DNA of 64,000 bases from Octopus sinensis (taxonomy: Eukaryota), in the NCBI RefSeq assembly GCF_006345805.1, contig NC_043001.1, positions 19,964,001 to 20,028,000 on the forward strand. Reading direction: 5' to 3'. Both the position numbers and the translations under genes were made by a program. Below the pieces are notes generated by a model that was not told the DNA's origin, did no database searches, and saw only the letters and a list, made by a program, of their open reading frames with translations. Shown here in pieces: positions 1 through 12,352 of this stretch (positions are counted from its first letter, which is position 1; the number at the start of each line of letters is the position of its first letter).

Positions 1-159
1 TGGTTGGCATTAGGAAGGGCATCCAGCTGTAGAAGCTCTGCCAGATCAAGATTGGAGCCTGGTGCAGCCATCTGGTTCACCAGCCCTCAGTCAAAATCGT
101 CCAACCCATGCTAGCATGGAAAGCGGACGTTAAACGATGTTGATGATGATGATGATGAT
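1..159 (+). mobile_element. Family A repeat (RTE-tail SINE-like), 3' part
   Basis: ggttggcattaggaagggcatccagctgtagaa...catggaaagcggacgttaaacg(atg)n tail, recurring about 20 times in the window. Confidence 0.85.
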
Positions 160-894
160 TGTTGTCCCTTCATATCGGTTATAGACTTAAAGTATTACTT
201 CGTTTAACACTACTACTTCATCCTTGGGTAGCTTTGGCAAAGTTCCCTCAGTTACAAGCATTCATTCTTGGTTTCCAGTCAAAAGATAACTTCCCCACTT
301 CCTCCTGCCAGTCATGATGACTGGGGTGACCTGAACAGGGTCATATGTACTGCTTTTCCTAGCCTGATCAGTGAGACATTTTCACAATACTCCCAGAAGA
401 TGTGTCCTTATCAGATTGGATATAAAATGACATTCTGGATACTGCAACTAACTGGGTCAGACATGAAATAGCAGCTGAGGCAGCCATGTTAGCAACATGA
501 AATGTGAATGTATCCAACTTTATTTGGGAATAATTGCCAATGGTTATTAATTACTATTGTTGCTTAGAGGAAGATATTTAATATCAATATTGAAGAATAA
601 CAATCTTTTAAAATTTTTTTCCGTCTACTTCAGTCAAAGGAAGAACACCAGCAGTTGTCAACATTCTTTAGGGGTGCTGAATGCTCTTTTCTCAGGGCCT
701 CTGAGATTAGTGAAAGGAAGGAAGGAATTTATCATCAAACTAGAGGCTGGACCCGGACATTTACAACAGAGTGAATTTTGTTTAAGGTCCCTATGAATTA
801 AGTTGTAGGGGTAGATTTAAACTTAGTTACAGATCAAATCTGCCACCCAAGAAAAGAAATAGTCACTCCAATGGGCTTTTATATATTAAATTTC

Positions 895-1165
895 ACTTGG
901 CACCTGTGCCGGTGGCACATGTAAAAAGATTCGAGCGAGGTCATTGCCAGTACCGCCTGACTAGCCCCCGTGCTGGTGGCATGTAAAAAGCACCCACTAG
1001 ACTCTCGGAGTGGTTGGCATTAGGAAGGGCATCCAGCTGTAATAACTCTGCCAGATCAAGATTGGAGCCTGGTGCAGCCATCTGGTTCGCCAGCCCTCAG
1101 TCAAAATCGTCCAACCCATGCTAGCATGGGAAGCGGACGTTAAACGATGATGATGATGATGATGA
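895..1165 (+). mobile_element. Family A repeat
   Basis: Same body and (GAT)n tail. Confidence 0.85.
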
Positions 1166-1887
1166 AGGCATTGGTTGGCCTGGGCTTCTAGTTAAAGACA
1201 CCAAAGGTATCATACAGTGGGATTGAACCCAAAACTAAGTGGTTATAAAGCAAGCTTCTTAACTAGACATCCATGACTATGCCTAAATATAATGAAGACT
1301 ACTGTTAATTTTTTCTCTTCAATAACTGAGTCCATTATGTTTCGGAAACAATCAATGCTATTCGTAACACCCAGTGGTATTCTAGTAAACTGATACAATT
1401 GATTTCAAGCATCAAAAGTGAGTTATGGTTTATCAACTGAGTTGATAAGAACTTGTGCTTCACTTAATAAGAACTTGATGTGATGTGCTTCACAGGTTTG
1501 TTAGTTCTGAAGATTATTTAATGCCTTGTAATATTCATATTTGGCAAATGATATGTATCAAGTTGTGTAAAAAGATTTGTTGTTTCTGAATAATAAGCCA
1601 CCAGCCTTTGCTTGAAATTTTGAAAATCTGAGCATTTTGCCTGACTACTTATACCCACTATAGTTAGTTACTCACTGAGATAATAGAATGTGGTTGTTTC
1701 ACTTGCTACAAATAGCAGTCAAATCTCTTTAAATCACAACTACTTTAAAAAAAAAAGCTAGAGGACATTAAATAATGTACTCTTAGATATCCTTAAAACT
1801 ACAATATTGCTCTGATTGAAATACATTTGATCATAGGTATGTTTGATCAGAGATGATCTGGGGCTAAGCAACTATAATAATTTCTAT

Positions 1888-2218
1888 ACTGGCACTTGTG
1901 TTAGTGGCACGTGAAAAAACATTCGAGCAAGGTCGTTGCCAGTGCCGCTGGACTGGCTCCTGTGCAGGTGACACATAAAAAGCACCATTCGCGCATGGCT
2001 GTTGCCAGTACCACCTGACCGGCCTTCGTGCCAGTGGCACAAGTACCCACCACACTCTCGGAGTGGTTGGTGTTAGGAAGGGCATCCAGCTGTAGAAACT
2101 CTGCCAGATCAGATTGGAGTCTGATGCAGCCATCTGGTTCACCAGACCTCAGTCAAATCATCCAACCCATGCTAGCATGGAAAGCGAACGTTAAACGATG
2201 ATGATGATGATGATGATG
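1888..2218 (+). mobile_element. Family A repeat
   Basis: Same body and (GAT)n tail. Confidence 0.85.
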
Positions 2219-3075
2219 CACAAGGCTAACATTTTTGTGAAGGAAAGATAAGGCAATGAAATCAATCCTAGTTCTTGACAGTTACTCTATTTCATCAACC
2301 CCAGAAAGGATGAAACGCAAAGCTTTCCTCAGAAGGACTTGAACTCAGAATATAAAGTGCCAAACAAAATACAATTCTGCCAATACACAAGTTAAACAAT
2401 AATAATAATAATTCTCCAAACCAATGACAGAATCTGTATGCATCTACTTGAATGGCTAGAAGTAGCATCAAAATTCTTCAATTACAACTCACTGTCATAA
2501 AAACAGGACACTTTGGATGGCTTATTTTAAGTAGACTATGCCTTAAAACAAAAAAAAGGATATTCATCATAAGAATATGTTTCATGATAGATCTTCTGAA
2601 TCTGAGCTGATCTGCCTTGGGCTAAACAGCAATAACAATAACAACTTTTCCTTAGGAAGAAACTCTAGGGAGACTCAAACAGCTGAAGGTCTTCAGAGAA
2701 GAAGCCCCCCCACCTCATGAAAGTGTTTTGACCCTTAATTCTTTACATTCTAAGGGAGCCAAATCACATCCAAGTCATAACTCTTAGAGACTCCTCTGCT
2801 GCCACATGTATAATATTGTCTGCATTGCAATCCCCCTGGATGGTTAAGGTACCCCAGAGCCAGATATTTTGTGCGTTGTAACCAGTTCAGTCTATGACAT
2901 CATAGGTACAGAAAAATAGATATGAATGACATTGCTTTATGACAGTGATACTCATTTAAACTATCAAACTGTCCAACCCATACCAGCGTGGGAAACGGAC
3001 GTTAAAGGGTGATGATGATGAGGATGATAATTATATATATAACCTATCAATATATATATATATATATATATATAT

Positions 3076-3276
3076 ATTGATAAAATGGTAAGATAACAAA
3101 AGAAAGAAAGAGACCTCAATATTATGTAAATAGAGGAAATTTATCTATACAATTATATGTTACATTACTCGATAGCCAAGATAAAACTCTGAGTTTCAGA
3201 TGCTGAAGTCGTGGATTCCCACTTCGGCATCTGAAACTCAGAGTTTTATCTTGACTATCGAGTAATGTAACATATA

Positions 3277-3311
<35 letters not shown>

Positions 3312-3450
3312 CTGTAAATGTAATATGTGACAATTATTCGGTAGCCATGATAAAACTCCGAGTTTCGGATGCCGAGGTAGAAATTCCTCTATTTGCATAA
3401 TATCGAGGTCGCTTTCTTTCTTTTGTTGTCTTACCATTTTTATCAATATA
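3076..3450. repeat. Nested inverted-repeat element among (TA)n tracts, probably PLE-terminus derived
   Basis: Inner hairpin about 3151-3285; outer arms 3076-3140 and 3385-3450 are reverse complements. Confidence 0.7.
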
Positions 3451-3477
3451 TATATATGTATGTATATGTATATATAT

Positions 3478-4020
3478 AACAAATTAAATGGGTGGCTTAT
3501 TAGCAATTTGAATCTAAAGGCAAAATTAATAGAGATTACAAAAGTGATGGAGGATACTGACCAGATCCGCTATTGCTAGAAACAAGAGTTAAAATACTTC
3601 AAAAGCCACAAAGCACTGCACTTGTTTCTAGCAATAGCCGGTGCTGGTCAGTACCCTCTGTCACCTGTGTGACCTCTATCAATTTTGCCTTTAGGTTCAA
3701 ATTGCTAAGAAACCACCCATTTAATTTGTTGTTTACACTTTTACTGCTTTGGAAATCAGTGCAGGTTTTCAATGGTTTTTCTTATAAGATTGACAGAGGT
3801 TGTTGAGTTTAACCCTAGGCATTAAGAGTCGGTGACAAGGATTAAGATGCTATGCCTCAAAATCTGAAGTCATTCGATCCAGCTATATACACTGGGGACT
3901 TACCTGCCTTTGTCAGTCATTAAGTACAGTGCTTTGTGGCTTTTGAGTTATTTTAACACTTGTTTCTAGCAACAGCTGGTGCTCATCAGTACCCTCAGCC
4001 ACTTTTATGACCTCTATTAA
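3478..4020. repeat. Fold-back element with three copies of one unit, one with a hammerhead-like core
   Basis: 3478-3605 is inverted at 3621-3730; third copy at 3920-4020 reads CTGATGA-GC..GC-TA-GAAAC on the minus strand. Confidence 0.65.
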
Positions 4021-4181
4021 TATATATATATATATTATATATATATATGATGATGATATTATGATGAGGATGATATATATATATATATATATATATATCA
4101 TCCTCATCATAATCACCCTTTAACGTCTATTTTCCATGATGGCATGGGTTGTTTGACCAAAGCTGGTAAGCAGAAGAGCTA

Positions 4182-4224
<43 letters not shown>

Positions 4225-4236
4225 CATATGTATATA

Positions 4237-4268
<32 letters not shown>

Positions 4269-4269
4269 C

Positions 4270-4303
<34 letters not shown>

Positions 4304-4332
4304 CATATATATATGTATATACATATATAAAA

Positions 4333-4384
<52 letters not shown>

Positions 4385-4490
4385 TATATATATACATACA
4401 TATACATATATATACATACATATACATATATATATATAAATGTGTGTATGTGTACACATACACACACACACACACAAACACATACACAGA
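4020..4490. repeat. (TA)n/(CA)n compound microsatellite
   Basis: Directly visible; source of the Y/I-rich spurious ORFs. Confidence 0.97.
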
Positions 4491-4949
4491 GTGGGTTTCT
4501 TTCAGTTTTCATCTACTAAGGCCCGGGCTATAGTAGAAGACACTTACCCGAAGTGGGACTGAACCCAGAAGCATATGCTTTTCAAAATTCCCTTCCATTC
4601 CTTCTTGACCAGATCCAATAACCATAACAACTTTCACATTCTTTTAAAAGGCATCACATTTCTTCCTGATTGAACTTTCTATTCTTTAAGCTGTAGCATC
4701 AAACTTCTAACTGCTATTAATACTTCATCTTCTAATAAACTACTCACCATTTACAAAGCTCAGATGAGATCCACAAGGAATACCTGGGAAGGATGCTGCT
4801 TGCTACTATAAACACACACACACACACATACACACACACACACACATCCAAAGAAAGGCTACATGACTGAATGAGTGTGGAGTCACTCACCAACACATCT
4901 CAACTTCTTTCTCACAGATGTGCTGTCTCTTTCTCCATCTGCCTCTTTC

Positions 4950-4953
4950 TATA

Positions 4954-4992
<39 letters not shown>

Positions 4993-5044
4993 GTTGCTGC
5001 TGCTGCTACTGCTGCTGCTGCTGCTGCTGCTGCTACTACTACTA

Positions 5045-5081
<37 letters not shown>

Positions 5082-5198
5082 GTTGCTGCTGCTGCTACTA
5101 CTACTACTACTACTGCTATTACTACTACTACTGCTATTACTACTACTACCGCTACTACTACTACAACTACTACCGCTACCACTACCACCACCACCACC

Positions 5199-5249
<51 letters not shown>

Positions 5250-5343
5250 GTTGCTGCTGCTGCTACTACTACTACCGCTACCGCTACCACTACTACCACC
5301 ACCACTACTACTACTGTTGCTGCTGCTGCTACTACTACCACTA

Positions 5344-5381
<38 letters not shown>

Positions 5382-5447
5382 GCTATCGCTACCACTACTA
5401 CTACTACAACTACCACCACCACCACTACTACCACCACCACCACCACC

Positions 5448-5479
<32 letters not shown>

Positions 5480-5600
5480 CACTACTACTACCACCACCAC
5501 CACCACCACCACTACTACTAACGTACCGCTACCACTACTACTACTACTACTACTACTGTTGCCACAGCTACAGCTGCTGCCACCACCACCACCACCATTG
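4950..5600. repeat. (TAC)n/(CAC)n/(TGC)n compound trinucleotide tract
   Basis: Directly visible. Confidence 0.97.
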
Positions 5601-5987
5601 CAGCACTTGCTCCTGCTGCCACTCAAGCAGTCCTGACTCACTCGGCTCTCTTCCTCTCATCACCCATACTACGTGTCCACCTCAGGCTCTGTGCTAACCT
5701 CTACGTCCAATCCTGTTTTTCCCTGGAATTCCTTCCATGCACATCATTTTCCTACAACCATTAACATGCAATTGTTCAAGAGGAATATTAATCACGTCTG
5801 CGTTAACAATCTCAGAAGCCCTGCAAAGGTCAACAGGTACAGCCCATTAGACCAATCAAAAAAATTAAAAAATTGGAGAAGTAAAAAGGCTTGGAGCATC
5901 ATCTACAAGCGATATTGAAAAGGTCACGAATTAAAAGGGTTTGCTTACCAAAAATCGATTCCCTGAAAAAAATATCAGTATGTGGTT

Positions 5988-6236
5988 TCAGGTTCAGTTC
6001 CACTGCACAGCACCTTGGGCAAGTGCCTTCTACTATAACCCCAGGCCAACCAGTTCCTTGTGAGGGAATTTGGTAGATAGAAATTGTGTGGAAGTCTGCT
6101 GTATATACGAACACGTGTTCAGAATAAGTACAAGGCTTACAAAGAATAAGTCCTGGGGTCAATTTGCTCAACTAAAGGCACTGCTCCAGCATGGCCACAG
6201 TCAAATGACTGAAACAAGTAAAAGAGTAAAAGAGTA
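5988..6236 (+). mobile_element. Family B tRNA-derived SINE, internally deleted
   Basis: ggttcagttccactg...ccttgggcaagtg core and cagcatggccacagtcaaatgactgaaacaagtaaaagag tail. Confidence 0.75.
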
Positions 6237-6961
6237 TTATATATGTTGTCATTAACTTGACTATTGTTTCTCATGCAGATGACACCACTGAGTAATTTAT
6301 TCTCTAAAAAATGTGCCAATTTTTACAGCAGCTCAACAACAGTAGTTTACATTTACACAGCGATGCTCCCATTGCTTCCTCGACAAATAATGTGAAGTTG
6401 ATATTTTGTCTCCCATGCATGCCAGAATGATTAAAATAATATTAGTTATTGAATGATATTGTCTTTGCCTCCTACATAATTATTTCTAATTAGCTTTGTG
6501 ATAACACCAACTTAACTATTGTTTTTCCATGTGGCTGGTGTCTGATTAATTTGTCAGATAAATAAAGAGTTTCTTCCGCTAATAATATCATCTCATTTGC
6601 TTTCATGTCTATCGTTGTATTGCAGAAAAATCTTTAAAACTTAAATCATAATCTTTGCTTAAAATCTTAAATTATAATTTAATCATTATTATCATCATCA
6701 ACATCATTTTAATGTCTACCTATCCATATTTGCATGGGTCAGACAGACTTTATGGAGGCAGATTTTCTACAGTTAGATGCCTTTCTTGTCTCCATCCTCA
6801 CCTATTTCTAAGCAAGGCAATATTTCCTCATGGTCAGACTTGCCTTCAAAGAAACGAATGAAAGTAAACTGTAACACATTAACCCTTTTGATACCAACCC
6901 GGCCAAAACTGCCTCTGGCTCTGTAGTACAAATGTCTTACTTTCATAAGTATTGAATTAAA

Positions 6962-7487
6962 TATATTTGTTTTGCAAGATTTTTGATGTGAAATCGTGTG
7001 TTGAAACAGATATTGTTGTATTTAAGAATGGTCATTTTTGCTAGTTTAGCTAATAAAAACACATGCACTGTATATTTGGTGTTACTTTGCTTCAGCATTA
7101 TTTATTTTTTACATTAATCTTAATCTTAATCTTATTTCGGCCAGAGTTCTTTCATCACAATCCTGTGACCGCATCAGTGGTCCTTTGCTTTCTTCTTTCT
7201 TATTTGTGTGCCTCTCCTTACAAACGGTCAGCCATTTTGTATACAATAGGAATACAAAATACAAAATGGCTGACCATTAGTAAGGAGAGACACACAAATA
7301 AGAAAGAAAAAGCAAAGGACCACTGATGAGGTCACAGGAGTGTGACGAAAGAACTCTGGTCAAAATAAGATTAAGATTAATGTAAAAAATAAAAAATAAA
7401 TAACGTTGAAGCAAAGTAACACCAAATATATAGTGCGTGTGTTTTTATTGGCTAAACTGGCAAAATGACCATTCCTAAATACAACAA
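6962..7487. mobile_element. Asymmetric fold-back insertion (inverted PLE pseudo-LTR-like)
   Basis: Arms 7011-7242 and 7259-7489, about 50 nt one-sided extension, 12-bp flanking direct repeat TATTGAATTAAA (6950-6961, 7488-7499). Confidence 0.8.
7318..7361 (+). ncRNA. Minimal type I hammerhead ribozyme
   Basis: GACCA-CTGATGA-G-GTCACA(GGAG)TGTGAC-GAAA-G(AA)CTC-TGGTC: full catalytic core, 6-bp stem II, 5-bp stem I, 2-bp stem III, CUC cleavage triplet. Confidence 0.8.
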
Positions 7488-7689
7488 TATTGAATTAAAA
7501 TCTTCCACCAAACCTTAGTCACAATTTATGTTCCCAACACAAGCCTAATGATAACTAAGTTCTTTTACTAAATTCCTCGTTATAATTAAAATTAACTGAA
7601 TGAAATATAGAGCATCTCAAAATAAATACGGTAACGAAAGGGTTTTAAAAATGAACTACAACACTATTGGCAACTTAAAAAAAAAAAGA

Positions 7690-8010
7690 CTCCGCCGGTT
7701 ACGACGACGAGGGTCCCAGCTGATACGATCAACGGAACAGCTTGCTCGTGAAATTAACGTGCAAATGGCTGAGCATTCCACAGACACGTGTACCCTTAAC
7801 GTAGTTCTCGGGGATAATCAGCGTGACACAGAGAGTGACAAGGCTGACCCTTTGAAATACAAGTACAACTCATTTTTGCCAGCTGAGTGGACTGGAGCAA
7901 CGTGAAATAAAGTGTCTTGCTCAAGGACACAACGCGTCGCCGGGAATCGAACTCACAACCTTACGATCATGAGCCGAATGCCCTAACCACTAAGCCACAC
8001 GTCCTCACTT
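7690..8010 (-). mobile_element. Family F SINE (tRNA head + CORE-like domain + distinct body)
   Basis: Reverse complement reads gtggcttagtggttagg...gagttcgattcc...gtgtccttgagcaagacactttatttcacgttgctccagtccactcagctgg. Confidence 0.8.
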
Positions 8011-8899
8011 ATTGGCAACTAAAGAGTTGGTGATGGAGGTGAAGATAGGGAAGAAGACGTAAAACAGAAAGTAAGTGAACAGGAGTTAGAATGAGTAAAG
8101 GATAAATACCATCAGAGATTATTATAAAACTGTTCACTGATTATGGTAGATTCAATCTGTCCATTGGGAGCATTTATTGTGCATTAAGCACTTAGACCAG
8201 GTCTCCTGTTGGAAGATGACAAGATCTTTCTTTCTTCCCCTACACCAGTCTCAAAGGCCCTTTAAAATTACCATGGGCATTTCCAATTCGGCTCTGACTA
8301 AGTAAGCCATAAAATGAAAATGTTTCCATGTGTGTTATCTAGAGACAATGAGAAGGTAGTCAGATACAGAAAAACAGGAGGACAGAGGGAAATAGGGGAC
8401 AGGAGAGAGAGAGGAGGAGGGAATTAACAAGAAACAGGAGGGGAGGAAAAGAAGGAAAAATTAATGAATGAGAGAGAGAGAAACAGAGATAGAAAGAGAA
8501 AGAGAGTAAGATAGAAGTAGCTACTGAGAAAAAAATGTGGGGAGAAGGAGAATGAGCTCCAGAAGGTTATGATTATTACTGTTTCTCATTTGTAATAGCT
8601 AAAGTAAGCAATGGCCCCTCTGAAATAACCGGCCGAAACTTCGAAGTCACTGTCAGTACTATTCCTGTTTGTGAATAATAAATTTGTACTCTACAAAAGT
8701 ATGGAGTAATCTTTCCTGTTAATGTAAAACCTCTTTTATATAAGTGAACATAAAAACATGCATTAATATGTGTGTGTGTGTGTGTTGTAATTGTTTAGCC
8801 CCAGGTCAGCTCTGATCCAGAAGCCTGTGAGCTAAGGTATTTTGACAACAATCATCCTGTTTTCCATTCAGACACAGTATATCGAAGATTATATTATTC

Positions 8900-9079
8900 G
8901 GCACATAAAAAGCACTCACTACACTCACGGAGTGGTTGGCATTAGGAAGGGCATCCAGATGTAGAAACACTGCCAGATCAGACTGGAGCCTGGTGCAGCC
9001 TCCTGGCTTCCCAGACCCCGGTCAAACCGTCCAACCCATGCTAGCACGGAAAACGGACGTTATACGATGATGATGATGA
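8900..9079 (+). mobile_element. Family A repeat, 5'-truncated
   Basis: Family A tail. Confidence 0.8.
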
Positions 9080-9594
9080 ATCTATCCATTTTTTTTTAAG
9101 ACATGATGAGATTTGATTGAGATTTGTCTGTTATTTCCACCAAATCTCTCTTATCATCATCATCATCATCATCGTTTAACGTCCGCTTCCCATGCTAGCA
9201 TGGGTTGGACGATTTTGACTGAGGGCTGGCGAACCAGATGGCTGCACCAGGCTCCAATCTTAATGGTTCATGGTTATTTCTATTTATATTGTGGTAGATT
9301 AGCTGAATTGGTAGAACATGTAACAAAATACCTTGTGGTATTTGGTTACATCCCTTAACACGCTGAATTCAAACTTCACCCAGATCACCTTCCTTTCCTT
9401 CATTCCAAGACCATTAAAATAAGTATATGAAGTGCTGGTGTTAATATAATTAACTAAAGTAACATTAATGGTGATAATTCAACATGGCTGCAGTTTAATG
9501 AAAAAGAAACAGAAAAGAAGAATATGGATTACAAAGTTTCTTCACAATGAAATTTTGTTGACAGATATTTAACAAGTGAAATTGTTGTCATGGC

Positions 9595-10205
9595 TGATGT
9601 CAGTATCACCTGACTGGCACCCGTGCTGGTGACACGTAAAAAGCACCATTCGAGTGTGGTCGATGCCAGTTCCACCTGACTGGCCCTCATGCCAGTGGCA
9701 CGTAAAAAGCACCATTCAAGTGTGGTCGATGTCAGTGCCACCTGACTGGCCCTTGTACTGGTGACACTTAAAAATCACCATTTGAGTGTGGTCGATGCCA
9801 GTGCCACCTGACTGGCCCTCATGCTGGTGGCACGTAAAAAGCACCATTCATGTGTGGTCGATGTCAGTGCCATCTGACTGGCCCCTGTGCCGGTGGCACG
9901 TAAAAAGCACCATTCGAGTGTGGTCGATGCCAGTGCCACCTGACTGGCCCTCGTGCTGGTGACACGTAAAAAGCACCATTCGAATGTGGTCGATGCCAGT
10001 GCCACCTGACTGGCCCTTGTGCTGGTGGCACGTAAAAAAGCACCCACTACAATCTTAGAGTGGTTGGCATTAGGAAGGACATCAAATTGTAGAAACCTTG
10101 CCAGATCAGATTGGAGCCTGGTGCAGTCTCTTGGCTTGCCAGACTTCAATCAAACCATCCAACCCAAACCAGCATGGAAAGCGGATGTTAAATGATGATG
10201 ATGAT
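9595..10205 (+). mobile_element. Family A repeat with expanded internal 66-bp tandem array
   Basis: Units start at 9643, 9709, 9775, 9841, 9907 and 9973, followed by the normal tail. Confidence 0.9.
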
Positions 10206-10431
10206 GTTGGATCATATAACCTATATTCCACCATTCTATTTGATTAAAATGTATTGGACCAATGTAGAATTAAACCTCAAATCACACCACACCATCTTAG
10301 TAAAGAATACATTGCATAATGTGGTCTTGGATTCCGTGTACCAAATTAAAAGACAGAATGCTTACAGATGTAATGCCTTCATTATAGGTCTGTTCAATCA
10401 GGACCGACTAAGGGTTAAGTACCAACAGCAA

Positions 10432-10760
10432 ATGGAGGCACAATGGCCCAGTGGTTAGGGCAGTGGACTCGCGGTCGGAGGATCGCGGTTTTGATTCCCA
10501 GACCGGGCGTTGTGTGTGTTCATTAAGCGAAAACACCTAAAGCTCCATGAGGCTCCAGCAGGGGGTGGTGGCGACCCCTGTTGTACTCTTTCGCCCCAAC
10601 TTTCTCCCACTCTTTCTTCCTGTTTCTTGTCCCTGACTTCCTACACAACCGCTGAGCCTGGATGCGCATTCATCCATCCGTCGATGCTCTCGGTGTCGGG
10701 AGTTGACCTACTTTCTCTTCTGCGGGTCTTACGAATAGCAAAGGACCACATTTCAGACTT
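10432..10760 (+). mobile_element. Family D tRNA-derived SINE
   Basis: Head ggaggcacaatggcccagtggttagggcagtggactcgcggtcggaggatcgcggttttgattccc with A/B-box-like motifs; also at 39240-39456 and 54310. Confidence 0.8.
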
Positions 10761-11167
10761 CTCCCATCTTGCGAGAGCTCTGGGACATAGACCATTCGCT
10801 CAACAGCAACAGCACCAACCAAAATACCCTATGTAACTTCAAAAATATGAGTAATCATGTAGCCCCTCTGCAGCAAAAATCCTATTCTGTTCTGGTCCCT
10901 CTCTCTCATACTTTAACCTTTCATCTCCTAGCATAAAGCTGCATCTCCTTTTGAGGTCTGCAGTCTTGCAAGCTTCATTGGAACCTCATTTGTACTGGTG
11001 GCATGAAAAAAAGGCACCTAGTACTCAATTCAGAGTGGTTGGCATTAGGAAGGGCATCAAGCCATAGAAACCATGCCAAAGCAGACACTGGAGCACAATG
11101 ATCTCCTTAGACCCCTTTGGATTTAATCAAACTGTTCAACTTATACAACCATGGAATATAAACAATG

Positions 11168-11665
11168 ATCGAAATCGAAATCAAATTTGATGACTGGCAT
11201 CCGTGCTAGTGGAGCGCTAAGAGCACCATCCGAGCGTGATCGTTGCCAGAGCAACAAGCTGGCCTCCATGCTGGTGGCACATAAAAAACACCATTCGAGT
11301 GTGATCGTTACCTGTGTCGCCTTACTAGCACTTGTGCTGGTGGCACAGGAAAAAACATTCAAGCGAGGTCGTTGCCAGTGCCGCTGGACTGGCTCCTGTG
11401 CAGGTGGCACATAAAAAGCACCATTTGAGTGTGGCCATTGCCAGTACCGCCTGACTGGCCCTCGTGCCGGTGGCACATAAAAGCACACACTACACTCTTG
11501 GAGTGGTTGGCATTAGGAAGGGCATCCAGCTGTAGAAACTCTGCCAGATCAAGATTGAAGCCTGATGCAGCCATCTGGTTTGCCAGACCTCAGTCAAATC
11601 GTCCAACCCATGCTAGCATGGAAAGCGGACGTTAAACGATGATAATGATGATGATGATGATAATA
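11168..11665 (+). mobile_element. Family A repeat, near full length
   Basis: Four variant about 66-bp units plus tail. Confidence 0.9.
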
Positions 11666-11977
11666 ACACTGATGATGCTGATGTTGAAAAGCATTATGTT
11701 TCATGAAATAGTTTCTCGAGTTTCACTTTAAAAGCAAAACTTTCCTTACAGTTTCTTTCTTTCTTTTTTGTTCTTTCTTTCATTTATTTATTTATTTATA
11801 TATTTATATTTATTCATTCTGTGTAGACAGGCTGTGCTAAAGACTACCCCACATTTCCCAGAATAAAAGACAAGACAAAAAATGTGACACACTATAAAGT
11901 GACAATTATATCTCTTTCTCAACAGTTAGTGTTTTACAATGGCCTACTTCATATTCTGACTAAAGGTTCAATGTGCT

Positions 11978-12352
11978 AGAGAGGGAGAGAGAAGAAAAAG
12001 GAGAGAGAGAGAGGAAGGAGAGAGAGGGGAAGAAGGAGAGAGAGAGGAAGAAGGAGAGAGAGGGAAGAGAGAGAGAAGAGGAAGATAAGGAGAAAGGAAA
12101 GAAAGAGAGGGAAAGAGAGAGGAAGAGGAGAGACGGAGAAGGAGAAGGAGAGAGAAGAAGGAGAGAAGAAGAGAGGAGAGAGAGGAGAAGAGGGAGAGAG
12201 AGAGAGGAAAGACGAAGAAGGAGAGAGAGAGGAAGAAGGAGAGAGGAGGAAAGAAGGAGAGAGAGAGGAAGAAGGAGAGAGAGAGGAAGAAGGAGAGAGA
12301 GAGGAAGAAGGAGAGAGGGTGGGAGGAGAGAGAGAAATAGAGACAGAGAGAC
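11978..12352. repeat. Purine-rich (GA/GAA) low-complexity tract
   Basis: Directly visible. Confidence 0.95.

Larger units (their letters stand above)
6883..7642. mobile_element. piggyBac-type MITE interrupted by a fold-back insertion
   Basis: TTAA-CCCTTT at the left end, AAAGGG at the right end; colinear with the intact copy at 55191-55402. Confidence 0.8.

Noticed and set aside
4120-5697. Long ORFs of poly-T/L/Y/V and YI repeats
   Set aside because: They are translations of di- and trinucleotide microsatellites. The same applies to 11960-12476, 33003-33503, 35250-35753 and 58613-59179.
8615-8645. ctgaaataaccggccgaaac as a hammerhead
   Set aside because: The core is too degenerate and stems I and III cannot be formed convincingly.
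9643-10040. Regular repeats resembling a CRISPR array, and repeated-peptide ORFs
   Set aside because: The units are contiguous 66-bp tandem copies without unique spacers, inside a dispersed eukaryotic repeat. There are no cas genes. The ORF exists only because 66 is a multiple of 3.
10432-10510. tRNA genes
   Set aside because: The tRNA-like A/B-box sequences are SINE heads (families B-F) continuing into SINE bodies, and no full cloverleaf is seen.
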